The notes below the pieces were generated by a model. The model had not been told where the DNA came from, searched no databases, and saw nothing but the letters and a program-made list of their open reading frames with translations. A stretch of DNA of 63,409 nt, filler included, from Microthyrium microscopicum (Eukaryota): the NCBI GenBank assembly GCA_010405405.1. It is 6 parts of 4 records of this genome, joined end to end, with 100 filler letters (N's around TTAATTAATTAA, not from the genome) between each part and the next. Parts side by side here need not be neighbours in the genome. Positions count along the whole stretch, not along the records: positions 36,379 to 63,409 come from MU004242.1; 5 more parts are not named here. One strand, given 5' to 3'. Positions 54,451-63,409 of the stretch are shown here, piece by piece. The position numbers and the translations under genes are program-made. Within the stretch, counting starts at the first letter, position 1. Every line of letters begins with the position of its first letter.

Positions 54451-57400
54451 ATTTAATAAATAACTTTATATATAATTAATTTAGTTTATAGTAAGGGTTA
54501 AAGTACTACTATTAAATTATTAATAATATAGGATATTAAAAAATATACTTAAAGTTAATATTATTACTATTAATATATAAAATACGCTTTTATAGTAAAT
54601 TTAAATATCTTAACTAGATTAATAAATATATTTAGTAGCTAAAAGAATCTAGAGAGAGATAAAAGAATAATAAGAATAAATAATAATATCTTATAGTCTA
54701 TAAAGTATTTATTTAGCTAAATATCTTTTAGTATATATTTATAAGATATAACTTAGCTATATTTATTTATAAACGCTATTTTGCTTATATTTCTTTTCCT
54801 TAGTAATATTAACTTATAAAGTAAATAATATAGCATTATTAGTTTCTATAGCTCTTATTAAGATCTTAGATAAAAAGCTTAAGAAGAATTATAGAGCTAT
54901 ATTATTTATACTATTAAATAATTAATAATTTAAGCTAACGTTCTAATAGAGTATTTTATTAATCTTTCTTCTATTTATTTATAATATTAGAACTTCCTTA
55001 AAAATAAAAATTAGTAGTTTAATTTTTTAACTTTAGCTTTTCTATAAGTAAATCTATTATCTTTATTAATAGAAGGTTAGTAAATTATACTATATTATAA
55101 TACTAGTGTCATTAATACGTTTAAATAAACTAGAGAAAATTTAGCTATATAACTACCTTCTTTACTAGGATTAATTCTATTATTTACTTTATTTATATTT
55201 AAAGACTAAGAAAAAGATAATAAAGAAGAGAGAGATAAAAAAAGATAAAAATAAGGAATTAGAAGTTAAGAAGGCTTAAACTTAAAGTATTAAGTTCTAT
55301 TTAATTAAATAAGAAAGGCTACGTCTTTTTATAACCTTAATAATAAACTACTAGTCTAAGTAACTTTACTATTTAAATCTAGGACTTACTTATAATAACT
55401 ATTATTAATTTTAATTTTTAGCTTACTTATTTAACTTTATTTTTATGCCTAATATCTTTATCTATCTTAGTATTATGTCTACTACTAATAATTATAAATA
55501 TTATATTATCTTTTATACTAAGATAATTTATAAACTTAGTTAAGCTTTTATAAATCTAATAGGCTTATATAAATATATAAACTTTAAGAAACCTAATATA
55601 GTATCTAGATTTAAATAGTATTTAATCTTAATATATTAACTATAATTATACTTCTTTATAATAAGCTTTATTTAGATACGTACTTTAATATATATCTATT
55701 CTAGTTATAGTAACTTATTTCTTTTATATCTCTTATTAGAATTTACTTAAGTAGGTGCTACTATACTTTAATTAGACCTACTTAGAGTATCCTAGGCTAA
55801 TTTTTAAGAAGTTTAAGAAAAAGTAAAGTAATACTTAAGATATAAATAAAATTAAGAGTAAGAACTATAATCCTTTAGAATAATTAAGTATAGACTAATT
55901 ATTTTATAAATATAAAGTTATAGCTACGTAATTACTTACTTTATTAGGAGTAAGTTTATTATATCTTATATCCTTATTTAAAAACTAAGAACGTAAAGAA
56001 ACTAGAGAACGTAAAAAAAATAAAGAAGTATATAAAGAAGGCTATAAAGAAGGCTATAAAGAAGGCTTAGTTAGAGAAGAAGACTAAAATAAAAGAAGTT
56101 ACTAATTTATTAAAGAAGACTATACTTAAAAATAAGGTTAAGATAGTAGCTAAAGAGGCTAAGAAGGCCTAGAGTTTAAGATATAAGATACTCTTTATTA
56201 AGTAGAAACTAAAAGTTATTATATAGAACTTATAGTCGCTATATTAAAGTTAATTAATAATATTAGCTTTAAAAGCTTAAATAATTTTTTTTATTTATAC
56301 TTTTTTATTTTAAAGGTTCTAGTCTTTATATTAGAGAGCTCTTTAATATAACCTTAGATGTTCTAAATATACTTATTTATAGGAGATATATAGTAAATAA
56401 TAGAATAAGTTATAAAAGAGGTAGTAATTAAAAGTAGTAATTAAGAGAAATAGAATCTTAAGCTATAAGTATATTTAATAGGAGGAATTACCTTATTACT
56501 CTTAAAATCTAAGAATCTAATTAATTATTAAAAAAGTTATATAAGGTTTTAGACTTAAAATTACTATTAAGTTTTAAGGCTTCTTATCTTCTTTTTTACT
56601 ACTTATCTTTTTTTATTTATAGTAACTATACCTTTATATTAAATATATATTAATTAGTATAAAGATTAAGATATTATTTTTAAAGAGAAAAGAGTAGAAT
56701 CTACTAAGATAAAATAAGCCTTAGTTATAAAACTATTTACTATATTAAGATTATTATTATTACTTTCTCTACTTATATCTTAGAGTAGTAAATAAGAAGA
56801 AAAAAAAAAAGAAAAAGATTATAAATAAGAAGAATAAAGAATAAGAGAAAAAGAGAGAAGAAAAAAAGAAATAAGTAAAATAAAAAGTAAAAGAAGAAGA
56901 AATATAGTAAGTAGATATAGAAAATAATTAGACTATTATAATTAGCTATAAAACTAAGCTAATATAATAATTTAAGGATAATAGAAGTTTAAATTATTAC
57001 TATTAATTATATTTAGGCTAGAAATTAAAATAGAAAAGGTTAGTACTTTAAGTAGAGAACTAAATAGTAATTATTACTATTTAGTTTTATTAGTATACTT
57101 TATAAATAAATTAGCATAACCTAGTCTATATTATAAAATATTATTATTTATTAAAAATAGAAAAGTTTTTAATTCCTATTAAGGAAATATAATATTAACT
57201 AGAGTTATTAAATCTAAAATATTTAAGTATATTATATTTTTTTTTTATATTATTTCTATTTATCTCTAGGTAGGTATACTTTTTATTTACCTTAATAAGA
57301 ATAATTTAGAAAATATTAAAGACTATATATACTTAGGTACTTACCTTTAGTACTTTATAAATAAAGTACTTAGTAGAATTATATTTATAAGAGGCTATAG

Positions 57401-60360
57401 GGTTTATAATAAATTATATAATATAGGATTTAAAATATAATATAGTATCTTAGGTAATACGCTAAGGCTTTTAATTATTATAGTAGAGAAAAGATATAAT
57501 CTTATTATAAGTCTACTTTATATAAAATAGCTATTAGACTTCTATTTTATTTATACTACTTCTTATTATTTAATTAATACTAATTATAAGTAAACTAGTT
57601 ATATTAAAGCTTATAATAATACCTACTTAAAATAAACTTATTATATAGTAATAATTATATATAGATAGCTATAAATAGTTCTTAAGCTTTATAGTGTACT
57701 CTTAATTTACTTACCTTGCTTTTAAATAAGAATAGAATAATAATAATAATTACTAATTTCTTTATTAATTTATTAGAGTTACTAGACCTAAAGCTATTAC
57801 TATAGATTTACTCTTAAAAGTAGAAGATTATAATTAGAGGCTTTATTACTATAATATATCTTTTAGTACTAATATTTCTTAACTTAATAGGAATAAGGAT
57901 AGTAATCTTATAAATAAAACTATATAGCTATTAATTATTTTAAATATAGAGAGCTAATAATAAATAAGCTAGAATATCTAAACTACTACTTATATAACTT
58001 TCTTTATCCTAATAAGTATAGTCTATTTTATAAATATATAATTCCTTAAATTATAAGACTAGTAAGTAAGTTATTACTAGAAACCTTATATTAATAATAA
58101 AAGCTTATAAGATATTAATATATAGGAGGCTAGTTACTAAAAAGAGCTAGGAATAATCTACTATTTAGACTTTTATTATAATAGGGTATAGAATACTTTA
58201 ACTATATCTAAAATAGATATTACTTTTTAGAATTTATACGCTAAACTTAGTTACTATCTAAGTATAGTAAATATACTAAATAATAAGTTATAAAGTAAAA
58301 TTATAGTAATATAGAGGCTATAACCTTATAGTATTAGAATAATTATAACTATTAGCTAACTTATTATACTAAAGAATAAAATCTATAGTACTATATATTA
58401 TAATATAAGGAATATAAAGGTAGTAGTTTTAAGCTATAGATATATTTATAAAGTAATCTTTCCTAAAAGCGTATAGGTCTTAAATAATAGTATATTTAGA
58501 AAAGTCTAGAAAGTCTAGATAAGTTTAGAAATATTTATAGGCTTAATATATAGGCTCTTAGAACTAGTAAATTTAGTTATAAGTAGTATATAGTCTTAGG
58601 TAATAACGTATTTTTAACTATTTAAGTACTACTATAGTATATTTTCCTTATATTCTTCTTTTTACGTTATAATAAATTTATAACTCTTAATTTTTATAAT
58701 ATATTTATTATTAATCTTTAGTATATTCTCTTTATTTTAACTTTAATTTTATATTATCTTCTTTACTTAATAATTCCTCTATATTATAGTTAGACTTTTA
58801 GAAGATAATATAGCTAAATAGTAGAATAGCTTAAAGGAATATCTAAATATAACTAAGGAGGAGCTAATATAATAACTTAATATAAACTTAAATAAATATA
58901 CTTAATTAGTTATAGTTATAGAGAAGTAACTTTAAGACTTATACTATAGTTTTAATAACTATAATATATATAAGGGAAAGTAAAAAATAATTATTAATAT
59001 TATATAATACCTAAGTATATAACTACTAGCTAAATAAGGCTATTTATATATTAGAAGATTATATTAGCTAAGTGTAGAGTATAATAAAGCTATATATAAA
59101 AATAAATAATAAAAATTACTTCTTACGTTAGTTTATTATTACTAATAAAATATATACTAATAGAAATAAATAAAAGCCTAAATTTAGAATATATATAAGT
59201 AAACCTTTATTCTAACTTTAACTATTTATTAATAATAGATAGAGTTTATTACTAATAAAACTTTACTAGTATTTCTCTAGAGCTTAAGGCTAAGAGAATT
59301 AAAATAATCTTAAGATTATAATAATATATAATCTAAAGTATAGCTATATATACTTCTAGACTTTAATTCTTTCTTAATAATTATAGATATATAAATATAT
59401 ATTTATAAGGTAGTAAGTAACTATATTTATACTTTAGACTATAAAAAGTTTATAAATAGTAGTTATAATAGTTTTAGAAAAAATGCTAATACTTTAAATT
59501 ATAATACTATAATTAAGTTCCTTAGAGAGTTCTTTAAGTATAAGTAATATAAAGAGCTCTTACTTTTTTATAAATTTAATTAAATAAAGAGAACTTTTAT
59601 TAATAGTAAGGTTTTATTTTATAAAGTAATTAATAGTGCTATATTAATTAAGTAATAGACTACTAAATTTAAAGTAATAAAATAAATTAAGAGATAAAAT
59701 ATAATCTATTATTATATAATCCTTAGACTATTATAGGTTTTCTCTTTTTCTTTAACTTAAGAAATATACTAATAATTAGAATAAAGTATAATATTAATTA
59801 TTATAAATAAGATACTAAAGTATACTAAAATACTTAATTCCTAAGTTAAAACCTAGCTTTATAACCTTATAGTTAATAAAGTAAATATTCTTTAGGTAAG
59901 ATAAATTAGTATTAAATCTTAATAGCCTAGTAAAATAGGTTAGCCTTAGATATTAAATCTCTATATATATTAGTCTAAACCTTAGCTTTAGTTTAAGTAC
60001 TTTCTTATTCTCTAGAGCGTATTATTTATCTTACTATTTTTATATAGTAAACTAGTTGCTTTCTTAATATATCTATATATATTTATTAAGTTAATAGCGT
60101 TTAGAGTCTATTAACTACTTAGTATAGATAGTAGATAGTATTATAAGTTAATTAAGTATAAATTTATTAGATACTTAAGGGTTAGGCTATATTTTAGTTC
60201 TTAATATAGTAATATCTATTCTAGCTTTAAAAAATGCTTTAAGCTTAGTATTAAAAGATAGCTCTATATTAAGCTTAATAAGAGCTTTTAGTAAAACTTA
60301 AGAGCTAGCTTTTATCTTAAATTAAAGAAATAATTATAACTTAATTTTAATAAAATACTT

Positions 60361-60720
60361 TAAAGCTTATTTAATAAGGTCCTTAAGCTTTATAATAAAA
60401 ATAGCCTATAACTCTAGGCCTAGAGCTTATTTAATAGGAGCCTTAAGCTTTATAATAGAAAAAGTTTATAACTCTAGGTCTAGAGCTTATTTAATAGAAG
60501 CCTTAAGCTTTATAAAGAAAGGAGCCTATAACTCTAAGTCTAAAGCTTATTTAATAGAGGCCTTAAGCTTTATAATAGATAAAGCTTATAACTTTAATTC
60601 TAGAGGTTATTTAATAAGAGTTATAAAATAAAGTGCTTATTATAACTCCTAGTCTAGTAATTATTTAATAGGAGCCTTAAGCTTTATAATAGAAGAAGTT
60701 TATAACTTTAACTCTAAAGT
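60361..60720 (+). repeat. 60-bp (20-codon) tandem repeat, about 5-6 units
   Basis: TAGAGCTTATTTAATAGGAGCCTTAAGCTTTATAATAG-like unit at 60361, 60421, 60481 and 60541, with degenerate units to 60720. Confidence 0.9.
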
Positions 60721-63409
60721 AGTATCTAATAGGTTAAAGTTAATAACTATTAGTAATTCTAATATTAAGAAAATATCTTAATTAGACTTTTAGCATATAT
60801 TAGCTAAGTCTAGTAGTTCTATTTAATAAAACTAAAAAGTATTACTTATTCTTTATATACTAATAGGATTTAATTAAGAAATAGTATTCTATAGTATTAT
60901 AAATATTAGGTTCTATTTAATAATACTAACTAGCTAATAAGCTTATACGTATAGAAGATTATTTATATATTATAAAATTATTAGAATACTATTCTCTAGC
61001 ATTCTCTTATATACTTTATAATAAGTTTCTATAGAATTAATATAATTTATTAAAGTATAGCTANNNNNNNNNNNNNNNNNNNNNNNNNNNNNNNNNNNNN
61101 NNNNNNNNNNNNNNNNNNNNNNNNNNNNNNNNNNNNNNNNNNNNNNNNNNNNNNNNNNNNNNNNNNNNNNNNNNNNNNNNNNNNNNNNNNNNNNNNNNNN
61201 NNNNNNNNNNNNNNNNNNNNNNNNNNNNNNNNNNNNNNNNNNNNNNNNNNNNNNNNNNNNNNNNNNNNNNNNNNNNNNNNNNNNNNNNNNNNNNNNNNNN
61301 NNNNNNNNNNNNNNNNNNNNNNNNNNNNNNNNNNNNNNNNNNNNNNNNNNNNNNNNNNNNNNNNNNNNNNNNNNNNNNNNNNNNNNNNNNNNNNNNNNNN
61401 NNNNNNNNNNNNNNNNNNNNNNNNNNNNNNNNNNNNNNNNNNNNNNNNNNNNNNNNNNNNNNNNNNNNNNNNNNNNNNNNNNNNNNNNNNNNNNNNNNNN
61501 NNNNNNNNNNNNNNNNNNNNNNNNNNNNNNNNNNNNNNNNNNNNNNNNNNNNNNNNNNNNNNNNNNNNNNNNNNNNNNNNNNNNNNNNNNNNNNNNNNNN
61601 NNNNNNNNNNNNNNNNNNNNNNNNNNNNNNNNNNNNNNNNNNNNNNNNNNNNNNNNNNNNNNNNNNNNNNNNNNNNNNNNNNNNNNNNNNNNNNNNNNNN
61701 NNNNNNNNNNNNNNNNNNNNNNNNNNNNNNNNNNNNNNNNNNNNNNNNNNNNNNNNNNNNNNNNNNNNNNNNNNNNNNNNNNNNNNNNNNNNNNNNNNNN
61801 NNNNNNNNNNNNNNNNNNNNNNNNNNNNNNNNNNNNNNNNNNNNNNNNNNNNNNNNNNNNNNNNNAAAGAGATATAGAAATAGCTTAGTATAAGCTTATA
61901 ATCTTAGGCTCCTTTTATATAGCCTAAGAATTAATATATATAATAATTAGTATATTAGATAATAATTAAATATAATAGTAGGCTAAACCTAATTTTATAA
62001 TATAGGATTACTATTTAGTCTTTGCTTTAATATAGTATAATATAGAAATTACTTAGTATAACTTAATAATTTTTAGCCCTTTTTATATAGCCTTAGAATT
62101 AATAAATCTAATAATAATAGAAAGTAATAGCTAAATAGGATCCTATGATTTGCCTTAGTTTAATCTTTTATATTAATATAGTATAATGTAGAAATAACTT
62201 AATATAACTTACTTTCTTTTACCTCTTTTATATAGTTCTTAGAATAGCTTATTTAATAAGAACTAATAATAATAGCTAAATGAGTTTTAAGAATATAGCT
62301 TTTGCGTATATTTAGCATATACTATATTAGTTAAGAATTAAAAAGTAATAAGAAACGCTACTAGGATTAGTTCTAGTATTAATATCTTTTACGCGTTATA
62401 TAGTATAACTTTTAAAATATTATCTTCTTTTCTTATTATTCTACGTAATTTACTTCTTATCTTTTATTATACTTATCTAAAGTTCTATTAATTATATATT
62501 TTTATTAGAATACTTATATACTTAGTAATCTTTATTATAATATTATACTTATTAAATTCTTACTATTACTTTACTTTAATATTTAAATCCTAATAATACG
62601 TTTTATATATAATATAACCTCTTAAGTAAGCTTATATTAAGTTAATAAAACTATAATAAATTTAGTAAAGTAAAGTAATATTATAAAAAGTAAGATAAAA
62701 AATAGGCTTATAGGAGCTTATAAAGATTAAGATATAAAAAGAGATAAGGCTAAGTAAACTACTATATATATTTTCTTAGTTTATAATTTACTTTTATTAG
62801 ATTCTAATTTATATATTCTTCTTTATTAAGGATAATAGACCTCTATTATAAGACCTTATAGCTTAAGACTTTTTAAGCTATAATAAATAAAATAGAATAG
62901 ACTTTATAAAGTAAATGTCTAATATTAATATAATATACTCTAAATATACTTACTAAACTAAACATTAGCTAATATAATAATTACTTATTAGTTAAATAAA
63001 TAGATAGAGTTTTTAAACCTAACTAGGTAGATATAAGTTAAAGATATTACTATTAAGTAAAATAATACTTATAAATTTAGAGATACTAATAAACTTTAGG
63101 TTCTAAATTCTAAGTTAGGCTTACTTAACTATTTAAAAACTAGCTTAATAATTTCTAAAAGAATAATTCCTATTAAACGTTAATTAAGTTATAATTTCTA
63201 TATAGTATTAAACGCTACTTCTAATAAAGCTTTAGAAACTACTTAAGATATAGGACCTATAAATACCTTAGATAAGTTTTTTAGTAGTAGCTAAATATTT
63301 CTACTATTTATTTATCTAGATTTATTTAGAAAGCTAATAAATATTAATAGATATATAAGTCTTAGACTATTTTAGAAACCTCTTCTCTTTACTTTACTAG
63401 TTATAATAA

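Larger units (their letters stand above)
36379..61063. mobile_element. Putative giant (at least 24 kb) multi-gene Plavaka-type DNA transposon, RIP-inactivated; termini not visible
   Basis: A transposase relic is linked to several long RIP-destroyed ORFs. At least 16 kb is present as a second copy in this window, and uniform RIP implies the whole region was repeated. Confidence 0.55.

Noticed and set aside
1..63409. Mitochondrial, plastid or endosymbiont origin suggested by the extreme AT content
   Set aside because: The specific loss of CA/TG, the TTAGGG telomere and transition-only divergence between copies indicate RIPed fungal nuclear DNA. No organellar genes, rRNA or tRNA were seen.

Overview
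This is an extremely AT-rich window from a filamentous ascomycete assembly. CpA/TpG is almost absent and TpA is in strong excess, the signature of repeat-induced point mutation (RIP). No intact gene is present, and all three ORF-track ORFs are spurious. Five 100-bp artificial spacers (N44-TTAATTAATTAA-N44) split the window into six concatenated scaffolds: 1-5482, 5583-8240, 8341-17656, 17757-33150, 33251-36278 and 36379-63409. Scaffold 3 is a chromosome end, with a (TAACCC)n telomere, a short RIP-free GC-rich segment, a 19-bp satellite showing a RIP gradient, a RIP-destroyed telomere-linked RecQ helicase and a nested direct/inverted repeat. Scaffold 6 carries a RIP-inactivated multi-gene repeat of at least 24 kb. 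It holds a Plavaka-family transposase relic, a clear SNF2-family ATPase relic with coding tandem repeats, and a second, divergently oriented SNF2-like relic. Scaffold 4 is a second, inverted and independently RIP-mutated copy of about 16 kb of that repeat. The best candidate for something new is a giant Plavaka-type DNA transposon carrying SNF2-like cargo. All protein calls come from manual translation with mental reversal of C>T/G>A changes and need HMM confirmation.
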